A stretch of DNA of 56,644 nt, filler included, from Sphacelaria rigidula (taxonomy: Eukaryota): NCBI GenBank assembly GCA_964200075.2. It is 3 parts of 3 records of this genome, joined end to end, with 100 filler letters (N's around TTAATTAATTAA, not from the genome) between each part and the next. Parts side by side here need not be neighbours in the genome. Positions count along the whole stretch, not along the records: positions 18,918 to 37,731 come from CAXNAA020000785.1; 2 more parts are not named here. One strand, 5' to 3'. Both the position numbers and the translations under genes were made by a program. This document shows positions 22,613 to 37,831 of the stretch, in pieces. The number at the start of each line of letters is the position of its first letter. Position 1 is the first letter of the stretch. The notes under the pieces were generated by a model. It was given only the letters and a program-made list of their open reading frames with translations. It did no database searches and had not been told where the DNA came from.

Positions 22613-24892
22613 AACCCCTACTGATTTCGTTTCTTTTGGGAAAACTTCGTCAAACAGAAACGAAACGGATCCTACTCCAAGGGGCACCTTGACACACAGC
22701 AGTTGCTGCAGTACTACCTACCTAGTATCATCCTCCAGATCGACGTCTTGAGTGCAAACGCTCAGCGTGCAGCTGCTTGACGTGACCACTGCGTTCTGCC
22801 ACCGACCCTTCCCCACGTGCCAGACAAGGGGGCAACACCCCCGTACAGACAGTAGCAATGCTAGCGGATCTCACGTCCTGACAGTCTGGCTGCCGGCAAG
22901 GTGGTTGTGGTCGTGTTCTTCTAGCTATATCAACTTATTGTACAGTGCACTGGAGCAGACTTTGCAGGTGAATATTTTCGCGATTGCCTCACCCGCTCGC
23001 CCAGATTTTGCGGATTTTTTTCACGATATCACGAAGTAATATTACATACATGTACACGTGGAAATGTACCAGACCCTGTATCATGAGTGGAGATGTACCA
23101 GACAGACCCGGCATCATATGTGGCAATGTCTCAAACGTGGACAAAGGTTCCTACAGTCAGTACGAACACAATATTGAAAGTGTACTGCGCACAGTGTGTC
23201 GTGTGTGTTGTGGTCCCATCTATTCTGGACGCTGGTCTCCACCTCTCGGTATATGTGGGCGCACCAGCCGCGGCTATGTTACCATACAGCTTCGCCCGAG
23301 ATACAGGCAGCCATTACAGCGGCGGAGGCGGCCTTTCACTCCTCCGTGCGCCACCTGGAGCAAACGCACGCTGTAGCTGTAACACGGACAGCTTGACAAA
23401 ATGTGGCGTAGCGATATAGCGCGTAGCGAGGGGTGATATCCTGCGTGCACGTTGGCCGCAGATACAAGCGGCTGTGTTCATGATGTGGCGAGCTGCATAG
23501 CACAACGCGAAATCAATGCAGGACAGGAATAGACTAAGGGAGTCACGTCCTGCCGTGTGCTCTGTCACCCTGCACCCCGCGGCTGTGCAGTGAGCAGGTA
23601 GTACCGCCGAACACGTCACGCTGCGGTTGGTCACAGTGTCGGAGGCAGCAGCAATCAGCATATTTCATGTGCCGTACTTAGTAGGTCTGTGCTTTAAGGA
23701 GACCGATGCGCACACAAACAGCAACTACTATCGCCAATACCCATCGATGAGGGGGGCGTTCCCCCTCCTCAAACGGGGTACCCAGGGGTTCCCCCCTTCC
23801 CCCTTCACACGGCCCCAGAATGAGGTTTGGGCGACCTGGGGGGTGCTGGTGCCGTCGTTTCCCGATATGAGGCTCCCCGACACGGCGGGCAGTTGCTTAA
23901 CGCTTGACGCTGTCTCCTGTCTGCCCGAGAAACAGCAGTTTGCGACTTGGAGACTGTGGCATACCGGGAAGCAAGTCGTGTACGTGCACTTGAAAACGGG
24001 CGTGTTAGTGGCTGGGACTAGTGCGGGACGACCTAGCGGGAATTTGCCTGGAAACGGCTCACGTCTCAGCGCCGGCTTGCTGCGGGCCCTTGCGAATGTA
24101 GGGCGACGGCGATAACCCCAACACAATTTATGCTTCATTACAACGTTACGCTTCCGCGCTACGGCACATCGCCATACCCCGGGTGCGTACGACGGACCTT
24201 CATTTTAGAGTAGAAGGACCCAGCCGAGACCACTCCGGTTCCACCGCCGAAATGCGAGACCGCAACGTCACAAATACCGAAATAAATTGAAATTAGAAGC
24301 GTCCTGGGCACAGGGCAACCTACAGAAAATGGCACTCGATGCATGCAACCCCTTGCCTTTTCATTGCGTCACAACATAACTTTACAGAGGGGTCCTCGGA
24401 GATCAGTTGATATGCGACATCGACCAACCACATAAACCTGTATCAGATTCATCCAATAGCACCAGCATACCGTCAATGGTCATTTCTCATCAGTGAAATG
24501 TGTTTGACAGGCGCAAGACGTGTCCAACCTCCCAAATACTTTCTCAAGCATCACGGAACATGGTGAACGGAAAGAAGGCCCACCACGCGCGCAACATGAA
24601 CTCTTTGCCCCGCAACCGCTGTGCTTCAGTAGTGGGTTGTTCAGAGTGTTGGAATCCAATTCTCGCACGCACCCTGGTATTAAAATGTACACAGCTAAAA
24701 CTCCATGCGCCGGTAGCGTGCTGCAAACGTGCTCTTCACACATAAGCTCCTCCGAATATCATCGCTATTTCCTCATCAGAATTTCACCTCTAGTACCTAG
24801 CTTGGTACAGGAGTCACAGCACAGGTGGTCAAACCCACAAATTACAACGGAAGAGGGCCTTCTACCGCGCCATACACCACCAGTCTAAGCCC

Positions 24893-27800
24893 TTACGCAA
24901 CCATCTGAGCGATAGCCTCCGCACACTCCTTGTACTTGCTGGCCGGCACAAGGCCCACGACGTACCGTTGTCCACTCCCCCCGCCATCCCGTGACGCCGA
25001 GCTGGCCCCGGCGCCGGCAGTTGTGGAACCTGTCCCCTCACTTGAGGCTGCCGTTCCCATGGCGAAGAAGAATTCAGCCTCCTGGATCAAGGGCACGATC
25101 AAAACACGAGAATTAGGTGGACACAAACGAGGGTACGCATAAATCATCATACGGTTTGACCGCTGTTTACGGATAGGTGAGAGTTGAATTTCGGGTTTCA
25201 GGGAAATCTCCCGTACAGTTTGGTTCTCATTGGTACGTCCATCATGTGACCACGGCTCGATCCCCGGGGAGTCAGGAAAAATGCGACAATCAATCACTCA
25301 ATCAAATACTCTCGGGAATACGTTCATGGTTGGTAAAATAATTTGTTTTCTTTCTCCTCAGATGGTTTCCTAATGCAGTTCCAACACCGCAATCCTCACA
25401 AATCATACCAAAATTGATGACTGAAGCATGCAAGTGTACGAAATATGTTGGTCGAGTTGATTTGGAGGGGGGGGTGAATGACGCGACACGGGCGGGGGCG
25501 AAAGTAGTCATGTCTATCGTGCTTTGGGGGGTGTACTCATAATATTGCATGCCATAGTCATATGATCATCGACCTCGTATCCCTGCAAAGCCGGGACAGA
25601 GCACGCTGGGTGTTCGCCGGACCAGGCTCAGTCAATCACCAAGCGCGAGGCGCCATGGCGTGCTCCACGAGTCGCATGAAGAATGAGCTGCATTTTGCCA
25701 AGATCGTTCAATCCGAAGCGTACTGACAGCCTAAAATGAGTTGCTTCATGTTGAGGACCGACGCCCGGATGGGTAGGGTGACTCGTGTACAGAGTCGAGC
25801 TAGGGGACGTTGTAGGAGGTTTGGTCGGTGAGGGACATTTTGTTTTACTTCCCAAGTCCGACACTACCTGGGTGGGGGGGCACTCCCACCTTGGTACCTA
25901 TCCATACAATGCTAGACATGCCTACCCTCGGATGGGCATGTCTGACGGGTGGAGCGACTCGAAGCGCTGCACGAAACTAGAAATAGCGAAGTGCATGGTT
26001 CAAGGTTCCTTCCTGTCCTCTGGGGACCATAAAAGAAAAAAGTTGCTTCATGTTCCGGTATCGCCACTTCCGGAGACAGCCACGGCTTATACACTGCCTC
26101 ATGGGTATCTCATCATTTGAACACTACGTAGTACGATCGATCATTTCCTTTACGCGGAGTTGAGGTTCTCATACCCCGCACATTACGATCTAGCTCGACC
26201 ACCATGATGGTTACCGCAAAAATAAAAACAAGCACGCACAAAAATCGGTCACCCGGTTGCCTAGCTTACGCAGTGAGTGGCGTGTTTTACAACGCCATTG
26301 CCAACCGACGCCAACGCCATAGGGGGTTCGTCCTGACAAAGCCGGGACGGAGCATGTCGGGTTCTCGCGGGACAAGGCGCTCTATCGCGCTTTTTGGGGA
26401 TAGCATCTCTTATCTTGGCCTGTAAAATCATGCAGCGCTACCTCTCAATATGGCAGATGTTTTCGAAAACACTGAATTATGAGCACGGGAAAAGTCGTTG
26501 CTCTCCGCATATACATGCGCGAATAGCGTTCGCAGGCGAACACGTAGAGTACATCGGACACGGTAGTGGAGGAATAGCGCCTTCGGGGACATTTTCTATC
26601 GACACTCATTACGATAACCCCCCTCCAAAATGCCTGATTTGCGCAGGCAACATCTTGACGTGAATCGAAATCGAAAAAGCCGAGCACAACGAGCAGCTGG
26701 GAATTCCCGCGCTTGGGTTGGTTCTCGCCGTTGTCGCCCATATGAAGCGCTTCATGCACAACCTGAACCCAAACATCAGGCGCTGTATAACCATTTTTGT
26801 CGTGACATTTTTCGGTTGATTTTTTTTTGGGGGGGGGGCTATCGTAGATAGTGTTTATCCCGCTGCGTTGCTGTTGCTACCGCAGCAGGAACTCCCCTTC
26901 TGCAGCTAGCTGCGATTCTTGGGGACTAGATTGCCGCACAATTGCAAACACGCGATTCACCCACACCCTGTACGTACAGCAAACACATTGAGAATGCGAG
27001 AGGTCTGGCAGGCATCACCAAAGATTTCATGAGATCTGTCATAGTTGTGGACTTTGACGTCACTTTGTGCGCTGTCCCTGTTTGGCTGTGCTTTGCTGCT
27101 CGACAAGCTCAACCCCTAGACAGCATCGCATCGGAACAGTTTCACAGGTTCGCAGTCCAGGGACATCCGGGGTTTTTCACAGTGGGCGATACTGTGGGAA
27201 TATGCCTGGCGATTGACGACTGTGCGAAAATGAACGAAGGGCTTATATGGCCGTGCATGAAGTTTCACCAGTGACAGTTTTTGATTGACTTGCCTTATAC
27301 TAAAAGACGTAACGAGGCGTTCACACTGAACTTCGAGCCCAAGTATGTACGTGTGCATTCATTATAAATGCCAGTTGCTGTTCAAAGGGTATGTTCTGCC
27401 CGACGGGGGATCGCACTCGGGAATTAAGGCATTTTTTCTCGTCATAATGGTGACGGATAATATTTGCCCACAACCTCAGCGTACAGGTACATCCACTCCA
27501 CTATAGAGTAATCAACTCAAGGCAATTTACCAAACCTAACAGGCTTCGTGCTCCACGACCACGATACTCGTGAACTGGGGCGAGCATTCGAGAGAAAAGA
27601 TACATATCAGAGCACTATTTTTCGAAATACCACAACGCAATGGGAAAAAAGCAAAATCTGGGGATAGGGAACCATATGGCTTCCCTGGATTATGAAAGAC
27701 GAACCTTTTCGAAACCGGTACAGGATTTCAGCTGGGCGAGTTTCTCGTGTTTCCCTTCATCTTTCTCCAAACCAGACTCTTCTTGAGCGAGTGTTTCCAT

Positions 27801-30800
27801 CCATTTGCCTTGGGCATGTCTATCTTATGACGACCACGGATTTGTAGCGGATCACTTCATGCGCGACAATCGATGGATCAATCAGCATCATGGGCGGGTA
27901 AACACACACATACATACACAAATATACGTACCTGCAACAACACCTCGTCGTCAAATCTAGAGAAGCAAAAGTCCGACAGCATTGCCGGCCCGGATCCCGC
28001 TGGTGGGCCCCCTCCCACCGTTTCACAAGGTGCCACCACCACGAAGCTGTCGAACCGGAACTTGTCCTTGTGCTCCTCAGAAATCTACAAGAGCACAAGA
28101 GCATAAGGTAAACAATTCGCAATGGTTTCCATCAGAATTTTCACAAATGAAAACCAATTAGAAAGTGGTGAAGCACTCCGGAGCGCACGCTTTGAGTTTT
28201 CAGTTCTCGCTTGCACCACCGTGCCTTCTGCTACACGTACACTACAGACCCTGGATAGAGTCGTGAACTGGCCGCTAGTTTTACTGACCAATTACTGTTG
28301 AGCTGTTAGACTGGTTAACTGATCGATTTTGTAAGCAGTTGAACCAGTTATTTCACCGAACATGTCATATTCCGAAGTGTTCTGTGTGCATATGTGTCAC
28401 ACTTGACTCAATATTTCTGGAGTATTGTATTACAATGGCCGTGGGGACGCAGTCACAGAGGCGAGTACATGACCGCACAGCGCATACGCCTCGACGTAGA
28501 CACGAATATCGCAGACAATTTAGTATAATATACTGAATAAATCAAGATTGGACGCAGACAGTTACATGCTCCGGAGCATATTTTTGTGCACCGATTACGT
28601 GCTCGAATTGCTGTCGCTAGGCGACTAGAATTTACCGTGATTTTGAAGAGATGTGAAGCCAAATGGCGTATTTCCTTGCCTCCCCCGTGGCCCCCTCACC
28701 AGCCGGGGGGGGGGGGCTTTTACGCGACTCCGCCAGCTATCCAGTTTCAACTAATAACTGTAACTGGTTGTAATTTTTTGCAACCAACCGGTTCACTGGT
28801 CAGCAAAGCCAGTTCACAACTCTACCCCTGTATATTTGAACAGGGTTTCAAAAGGAGAAGTCCTTGCACACGAACGACATCGCATCGCGGAGTAAGGGTT
28901 AACAACGAGTGACCCCATGACCAGGGAAGTGAGTGCTTGGAACGACGTCCGTCGCCGACGATCTCGGGTGGAAATACGACAAACTTTGTACTGTACTTGA
29001 CGTTCCTCCGCGTTAATAGCTTTGTTTTCTAATCTTCTTGCGGGGATAGCAGCAACAAAATCACGAAGTACGGGGGAAAGAGAGGGTGGCGACCTAGAAA
29101 GCACCCTATGCGAACATCTCCATAACAGTCACCGTTGAGTATAACCGAACTCGGTGAGCAGCGTCACGTTCGTTTCAGGTCACACCTAAGCCGAGAAAAG
29201 TGTCCATATGCACCACTACGAAGCTGCCAAGACAGACAACACAAGCTGAATGATGGGAATACGGTTCGCCTACCGTAGAAGCCCGCCGGACACGCACACA
29301 CAAGGGCACTCATACTCACAGGAACACCGCGCAAACATCATGCGGCAACACAAGCAGCAGAACGAAATGCTTCACGATACCACGCCGCTCGGAAGATGAT
29401 GGGTATATCGCACTAGGGTATCCATCATAACACCGGCGCCAAACGACCTTATCACCGCGGTGCAAAGAAAGTGCAAGATAGTACAGCACGGGCATGATTC
29501 TCCACACCTGTCGAAAACTCACACCACATATAAAAGTGCGTACCTCGTTCTGCACCGCCCACGCAATGTCATCGAGGAGCGCTTCGTGAAGCTTCGGTAC
29601 CGCCTGCATGGGACAGTTGATCATGCGCTCGCTCAGTAATAGGCCCACCTTGCCTGTTGCCCCCTGCAAACATCAAACAGGACGGGAAAATGCGGGGAAA
29701 GCCGGCCAACGTGTGCACAAGGGGGGTAAGGCGAACAAATAAACGCCCCTCGTCCTGTGTTAAAAGAGTATGCAAAAAGGGACCGGTGCACAAATCACAG
29801 TTCTCTTTTTACAACTGGTCCATCGCTTTTGCCGTGTTGCACCATCAAAATGCGGATGTGGCGCGAGAATTCAAGGGATTCGTTCGATTTACATTGGACA
29901 ACCATCACTGATATCGGTCGGCGACGTCAGCGACAAGAGCAAACCCGGCACTCGCCTCGCCAATGGCGACTTCCATTTCAGCCCCTCGGCCGGCCAGCGC
30001 TGCCTTCTTCAAGAGAAACTTGACAATTGCCTGCGCAAGCAAGAGTGCATGGACGAAGAAAATGAGAACCCAGTCAAACCTAGAACACCAGCTGTACGGA
30101 AAACGCATTTAAAGTGAAAACCACAGACTAAGCTCACAAGAGTAGAGCAGCGCGTGTACTGCGCCAAGTTGATGGGGGATTTAAGTGGGTTCGAGCCCCA
30201 CACTTGCCTCGAGCAAAACTTCCCGAACGCTCGAAGCCCCTACCCCAAATGACTGTCGCGAGGCGGTCTAGCCGAGCATCCGGGTAATCGGCACACGAAC
30301 GCGCTTGCGGGGTAAGTATTGGGTGAGGTTCCCTCTTTCTTCGTGAGGGGAGAAGAAAACCACACACACACAGGCTAAGGAAGCTAATTCGGTGAACATT
30401 CCCATCGCAACTTCCGCGCCACCGCTCTACTTCTGTCACCCACATACTAGATTTGATATAAGGACGGGGCGAGAATGTGATTGGAACGGAATACTTCTGG
30501 TGTGGGCCGGAAAACCTCTGTATTCGACATCGCCTCCCGCCCCCCCCCCCCCTGGTCACATGACTACGGCGTGCAAGATCATGCGTACACCCCCGCCGCC
30601 TACTCAGCACACTGCCGCATACCTGTACAAAAACCCACCTCCGCGCACTGGTGTTTCTTAGCGAGGAAGCGAAGCGGCAAAGCTGTGATGACAGCGAACA
30701 CGTCGCTGTCGTCGTCACCGTCCGTCGACAGCACCGTTCCAACGGCGCCTTGTTCCACGGTGAGATCTACGAAAGGAGAGAGTCCCGCCCCGCCGCCCGC

Positions 30801-32885
30801 TGCCTCCAACAGGTACGAGTGAGCAACGAGTGCCCTATTTGGGTGCGGATGGAGGTGGGAATGTTTGTTATTCGTGATTCGTGGTGTTTCTGGTTATCAA
30901 ATTGCTTGAAAATGAGTGTATATCCCCATTGCGCAAGCTAATATCAAACTCGCGGTGCAAAAGTAGATTGTCACTGTTTTCAACAAGTATGTACGGGTAC
31001 ACACCTGATACCGTGGAAAAACCGGTCGTGAGGATCACAGAAATCTAGATTAACATCAACGATCTCTTGTTCTCCCTCCCCCTCTTCCTCCTCCTCTTCC
31101 CCTGCGCTGCCCTCCCCGTCATTCTCCGAGTCGTGGAGCTTCCGCAAAGCTCCGGCAAGGTTGATTTCGCCATCGCTCTCATCGCTGTCGTCATCACTGC
31201 TACCTGAGGGCGTGTGGAATGTTGCGGTTCCAGCAATATGCCACCACGATAGAGGGGGGAACGACTGACCACAGCTCGTCAACAATTTCGCACCCTGCCT
31301 CTCTGACTGTAGTCGTGTGTCTTGGCTAGGGAAAACTGGAATGAGCGGGAGTAGCCTGCTGATTTAAACGCTAACTACAACTGTTAGCACTGCGGAGGGG
31401 GGGGGGAGCTGTCTTGGAGAATGGGCAATCAACGAGAACGCAGCTGCGGTATTCGAGAATGACCTCTTCCCTTTGCCCAAGCAGGAATCGCCGATATTGG
31501 GCGACAACAGTCAACTCGTTTCAGGGACGGCATGGGGGAGAGGGAACGCTCATCTGGTCTCAATATGGACAAAACCATCGCTACAGCACTTCTCAAGATC
31601 GCTTCCACAGTTTTTACACCGTGCGCGTTCAGAACTCATCTTTTTGACAAGAAGTGGTCTTACAATAATACTATCAAACGTGCTGAGCTTTTTCACAGGG
31701 TTGAATGGGTTGGTCAAAAAAGAAACGACGATGACTGCATTAGCGGATGCTGCTGTAGCCACTGCAAAAATCGTGTGGCATGCTTGCGTACGTGCCTTCC
31801 GAATCGTTGTCGTCGCTGCTGTGCTCATCCACCGGCCCCTCGTAGTCATCATCGTCTTGATGCGATACACCTCCTTCTCCTCGCTTTCTTTTCTTCTTGA
31901 CCGCTGTCGCTTTTGGCGAATGAAGATCTCTGCTGCTGTCGCTGCTGCCTGATTGTTCCTTCGCCTGCTCTTTTTCTTCGTTGGCTTTGCTATTGCGTAT
32001 TTTCACACTGTCATCGTGTTTTTCACCGATGTTTTTGCTATCCTGCAGCTTTGCTTCCTCGTCACCGCCAGCGTTGTTTTTCTTCTTCTTTCCCCCCTCT
32101 ACATGAAGAACGTTTCGTGATTGTTGGTTGGAAGCGTGTCAATTGAAAAACAAAAAAGAGGGGTTTAACAAGGGGTAAAATAAATCACGCGGGGGCCGAC
32201 CAGCGGCTAACATGAAGTATCATGTGCGCTGTCGTGCTACCTCATGCCGTGCGCAGAAATACTTTCATGAATTTCACACACATCGAAGGTATTTGCCTCC
32301 GCGTCCATCAATGCAGTAGAGTCTGAAACGCTGCAAAAGGAGCATGACTGGGGCAACGGAGTATAACACCCTCCTCCTTCTTCCACGAAGACGAACTCGA
32401 TGCTCAAGCGGCCACACTCCTCTCGCTACCGATGACGTTACTCATCAAAATAGACGGACAAAACCTGTCACCAACACATCTTCCGACAGTGCGGTTGCTA
32501 CAGGTCTCGATAGTGTGGAGATTGAAGGGCTCTAAAGCTCTGATCGTGAGCGGGGGTAAACACCGTGACAGACGGCACTGAACAAGCCACTCCGACAACC
32601 TGATCTTCACGAGTGACCTGTTGTCCGGCAAAACATGATCAATAGGCATATTGTAAGAATACTCCTAAAGGCGCGTGTTCCATTGGCCACAGATATTTTC
32701 AGAGCATCTCGATGTATACACGAGAGCGCCGACTGGAGTATTATACCGTGTTGTATCGTTGTTCTGTATGGTTGAACCTCACGTCGGCGGGGGCGGCATC
32801 TTACAGTATCAACCCCTCGCCAGCCATCATCACTCTCCACTTGCTCACCTGCATTTGCTCTGCGTGTCTTTTTACGCTTCGCCAT
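24893..32885 (-). CDS. BCCIP: BCP1/BCCIP-family protein (60S ribosome biogenesis/export; p21- and BRCA2-interacting family), 8 exons
   Basis: Hand-built exons: 32885-32849, 32098 to about 31796, about 31203-31005, 30834-30639, 30030-29956, 29663-29544, 28084-27932, 25081-24893. Phases are consistent and the frame is open. Basic then acidic N-terminus, followed by family motifs IVDVNLDFCDPHDRFFHGIR, VDLTVEQGAVGTVL..DVFAVITAL, KVGLLLSERMINCPMQAVPKLHEALLDDI, FRFDSFVVV and FSRFDDEVL. The exon 2/3 boundary is ambiguous by a few nt. Confidence 0.9.
26601..26855. mobile_element. GACACT-family MITE in a BCCIP intron
   Basis: gacactcattacgataacccccc ... ggggggctatcgtagatagtgtt with perfect 4-bp TSD tatc. 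Confidence 0.88.
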
Positions 32886-35800
32886 GATGTGCCGCCTTAA
32901 ACACACAACTCAATCAGATTGAATCAGTTGGGAACCTTTAGACTGCTGTTCTGTATCAACCGCTCCCACAACTGCCCTCTGCTCTGCTGTCCAGGCGATG
33001 CATTATTGCTCAGGTGTGTCCGCCGCCCGCCGAAATCGTTTTGTTTTTGCATGTCATTTATCCTGATACTTTTCAGACCCGCAACACCGCACGCTAAAAC
33101 TATTTCGCAATCCCTTGAAATGCACTAGCATTGCAGCGAAGTAGTCGAGCATGAAAATTGTTCTTGTGCGGACTATTCAGTATTACGCATACCCTTCTCT
33201 GCAGGTGAAGCCAACGGGGCCAGATAGACATATTGCACAATGACCAAAGGCACCGTTGATACGAGGAAAATGACATTTTTCGCGTATATCCGGGTGTGTC
33301 GAGGCTGTCTCACGGGGTCGGTTTTTACTCCGAGTACGGAATACTGCTGTGGGCTACGCTACCGTAACAGCGGAGGACGTGAGCTTCCCGTACTGTGCAT
33401 CCATTGTAATTGTAACCCAGTATCCAGGGGGAAATCATAGCATACAAGCAGTAGGAGAACGAAAGCAATACCCTTCGATATCACCAGCTGCCGCGTTCTT
33501 CCTCTGTTCACTGCTGACGGCTGTTGCTGCGTCCTTGGAAAGCTAACTGCTGCTTCATTGGAGGAAACCTTGAGCTTTTTCGTTAGCGTCAAGTGCTGTG
33601 GGGCTGTAGGGGGTTATACGGGAAAAGCTCTAGCACAGGGATATCATCACACTTTGTGCTGTCCTTGCATGCGATAGCGATACTGCAGTGAGCGACGGAT
33701 GAAGGACTGACTGGAAGTGGGCGGCCGTTTTTCAGCCAGGTGTGTTATGTCACTGGGCGGTCTGCAGTAGAAATCGAAACAGTCGGCCGGTACCGCGCAG
33801 CACAGGCAACGAGGGCATGAAACAACACCTGGGTAACGAGCAGTACACGGTACAGTACAGTATAATACAGGGCAGTGAGTAGCCCAATTCCCTGTACCGT
33901 ACAACGCAGTTGCTGTTCTCACGATTAGATACAATTGTCCATCTATTAATTTGCTCTTTTTTCGGCCGCCTTGCACCATGTGTACATGAGTGAGGCTCAC
34001 AGGTTCAGAGACAGACCGTCCTACTGTATCTGTCGCCAATTAACCCACCCATGGTTTTCGATTTTCGGGGTCCTCTCTGGGAGTTCGGCACGAGTGCTGC
34101 ATGTTTTGAACCCTGGTCTTCTCGAGCACATTCTTATGTAATTCTGCTGTGCATAACGGCTGTTTCGAGGCGATGTCGACGGGAGAACGACGCAATCCTG
34201 CCCGTACCGCACAGCACTAAAGTATTAGTTGCCCGAAGCAAGATCACGAGATGTTCACGAAGTGTAATTGATTTGAAATTACATAGGCCCAGCAAGTTGA
34301 CCCGACTTTCAACGAAATTCCTGCGTGCGTTACTCGCGTGGATGTGTGTAAATAGTAACCGAAGGCTTCGTGCAAGATACACCAACACAATCTACTACCC
34401 GCACAGTAATGTGCGGTCAAGACAGAGCAATGAAGCACAAAATCGCAGCACTTTATCCCTGATGCTTACTGTCCCTGATGCTTGCTGTACGAGCCTTTTC
34501 GAGTCGCGAGGGGGGGTGTTAAGTCTCTCAATTGCGGGCACACCAGATGCACCACGCGTCATGTGCACACCAAAAATACTCGTGTTGAAAGTATGTCTTG
34601 TGTCTGCTATGTTGTTGTGTGCCATGTACTCGTTGTGTCTCAACTGTGGGATATCGTAAATGTCGGGTCGCTTCTCATAAAATTGAAGGAATCCAGTAGC
34701 TTGAGAAGAAAAAAAAAATGTTTGTTTTTTCCCCAACATTCTTTGCTCATTTTCAACCGCTTCTTATGGAGTTCAAGTGTTGCACACAAACTGATAGGCT
34801 TGACTTTTCGGAGGCGGGGTTGTACTTGGTCGTGGACTACAGATTTGCAGATGACAGGCAAACAAGAAGAAGGTCGAATGGCGTATGCATCGCACCGCGC
34901 AGAGGAACTGTTTCATGGCCATCAGACACAGCATCGCGAGAGCAGGAGGCAGCGCCAAAGTAACTGGTGGCACTTCGTCGTCGAAAAGACCGTCACGTTA
35001 CGTCCCCAATGATTCCTCGGCGTCAAACATGTGAAATTGTTTGGGACGGCGATCTGGGTCATGACGTTCATCATGCTGTTGTGAAGATGGTGCACAACTG
35101 CTATAAGCTCGTTATACCTTTACAATTTTAGATCCCATAGTCCTACCCGCCGCGTCCATACATGATCGTGTTAGCCATGTCGATTTCTGGAACAACTCTG
35201 ATCCAATTTTCAAAATCGGGGCCATTTCTGAAACAGATTTTCTTGGAGGAAACGTCCCGCAACAACCGGCGTTTGAGGACTCTGTTCGAAGAAGACCATA
35301 ATTTTTCTCCCAATGAATTTTTTTCCCACCACCAAAAGCGACTTCAACTCGCAAACAGAAGCACTGGCATCGGGGGCATGCGTACACCTGGCGGCCAGTG
35401 GCGCACTTGAATCGCTACACTGTACTGAAACGTGCACAGCTTTCAACTGCATGGTCTCAACAACTTTGCACTGGACACGCCCAGAACAATCGCCTTCCTA
35501 TCGTCTGTACTTGTTGGTGTTCAGCGACAGCCACAACCAAACCCGCCCGCGTTGTTAGTTTCTGGCTACTATGTAACCAATTTCATCATCAACATTTGCT
35601 CATGGCTGTATGATCCTCTCTTGATAACTGTTCCGATATCATGATTGTCACACGAATAAGGCGTGTTCTGTTGTTGACCACTTTGAATACTGTAAAGACG
35701 CTTTCTGGACCGCATGAAGGGAGTTTGCGTGCAGCTCCCTTGGCACCATATAGCCCAATATGCACAAAATTGGGCAACACCAGCCGCGACGGGGGGTTGC

Positions 35801-36773
35801 TACGAATGCTAGTGAGGTTTCATCGATCCTTACTTGCTCCGACCGGCATGTTCTCGAAACGCTTTGAACCCCTTTAGCTCCCTGGATTTTCAGTTCCGAG
35901 AATACGGCCTGCCAGTCCCGCAGACATTTTGAGTATGATAACTATATGCGAGGGTGGTCCTTTCATGGCCACGGGGGCGTAACGGATAAACAAACTTCCC
36001 GATTTTGGAGTATGACATACTATATGCAGTAGTTCGTGTCCATGGCTGGGCAGAAGGGTTGGAGCTTGTTCGGCATTTGCCTTCCGTGAAGACACTCACA
36101 CCGGCGCTCCCGTAGGTTTCAGCTTGTAAATTCTTCTTACATGCCATCCCACGTGCGATGGTGGCACGGTTATCGCTCACGGGGTCTCCACTCACCGATC
36201 GTTCTTGTTTTTGTTACTGTACGGTGCAGATTTGGTTGGCGTGCATCCTTTCTCTCTGCATGAGCCTGATCTTGTTTTTTTCTGTGTGGGCTCGCTCTCG
36301 GGCCCCGCTCTGTACGAAATGCCTGCTTTAAGATGCGTCGAAGCTCGTTGTGTGAACGTTAGAACGGCAACTTCGACGAGGAACAGCTCGCTACAGGCGA
36401 CATGCTTGCGCTGCGCCTGAACTCCTACCTATACGTTCCTTGCTCGAAGACGCTGAGAAGAGCTCAGGACGTTTTGCGCGTGCCTCCGAGAAAAAATGAA
36501 GAAATATGAGTGTCACGCGAAGGGAAGGCCGTAGTTCGCCCTCTGCTCGAAGCTGCATCACGGACACAAACATCAGGCGCGGCCAAACATAGCAGTCAAG
36601 GTACGGTGCGCGGACGCATATCACCATGCAGCTGTCCTAAAGTCGGAAGTATCCCTCGAGTCAAGCCTGACTGAAAGAATGGGGAATTCGAGAAGTACAT
36701 CGGTACATTTTGACGGAAACAAAAACATTGGATACGAGCTGGGCCAGCCGAGAAGCGATTATTTAGTTTGTAG

Positions 36774-37466
36774 GCCCATTAACCGGCCAATATTTAGAGT
36801 TGGACCCTGAAATTTGGAATAGACAATACGAAGGGCACATTCGAAACAAATAGCAGTGCACACAAGTTTTTTTTTTGTCATGAGTTAGGCTACTTCTTCA
36901 CGTATCAAAAAGTAAAGCTTGCTGTAAAGTGCATTTTTGACCGTTCTCCGTCGTTTTACCCCGAAAAGAGGATTGGGCGGCTGCTGACACCTTGGAATGA
37001 CTTGCTCTACTCGCTGAGACCGTTCAAGAGCACCTTTTGCGTTTCCTGTAGGTCACGGTTTCGTTTTTGGCCAAACTTATTTTTTCAGTAACAAACGGTC
37101 AAGTTATCTAAAACAGGGGGAAAACTGACATACTTGGGTAACTCGACCGTTTGTTATTGAAAATGCAAGCTTGGCCAAAAATGAAACGCGACCTACGGGA
37201 AACGCAAAGGTGCTCTGGAACGGTCTCAGCAAGTAGAGCAAGTCATTCCAAGGTGTTAACAGCCGCCAAGCCCTCGTTTCGGGGGAAGGATGACGGAGAA
37301 AGACCAAAAATGCACTTTTCAACAAGTTTTACTCTTTGATACATGAGAAGTAGCCTTAAGGGCAATATTCATTTTTTGTCTATATATTTTTTGTTGTTAT
37401 TATGTCCTATTCATTGTCCATAACAAATTTCAGGGTCCAACTCTAAATATTGGCCGGTTAATGGGC
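36774..37466. mobile_element. MITE with about 41-bp perfect TIRs, hosting a nested foldback element
   Basis: gcccattaaccggccaatatttagagttggaccctgaaattt / aaatttcagggtccaactctaaatattggccggttaatgggc. TSD unclear. Confidence 0.85.
36888..37355. mobile_element. PIF/Harbinger-like foldback MITE (TIRs about 220 bp, TTA TSD)
   Basis: tta|ggctacttc ... gaagtagcc|tta. Arms pair over nearly the whole length. Confidence 0.85.
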
Positions 37467-37731
37467 TGCCCAGTGACGAGGTCAGAAGAATTTCGGAACA
37501 GTATTTTGCAGGCCACTTACCGGCCCACGTTCGGTGCTTGTGTATTGGAACTTTGAGTGAGCCCTCGCTAGGGCATAATTTACAAAACAAAGTGGGTCGA
37601 GTTGATATTTATTTCTATTTTTCATTGCTTTGGGACGTTTTAGTATGGAAACGACCATTTTTTTACGAGAACACCCGAACATCTTTCACCCCCTCCCTCC
37701 TCCTGCCTTTACCGCACACCGCCCCCCCACT

Positions 37732-37831
37732 NNNNNNNNNNNNNNNNNNNNNNNNNNNNNNNNNNNNNNNNNNNNTTAATTAATTAANNNNNNNNNNNNN
37801 NNNNNNNNNNNNNNNNNNNNNNNNNNNNNNN
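37732..37831. other. Assembly gap with artificial ttaattaattaa spacer
   Basis: N run, ttaattaattaa, N run. Confidence 0.95.

Noticed and set aside
33200-36700. 5' exons of the WSC gene, or a separate gene (ORFs 34051-34659, 34482-35012)
   Set aside because: No signal peptide exon or consistent splice chain could be established, and an assembly gap separates it from the mapped exons.
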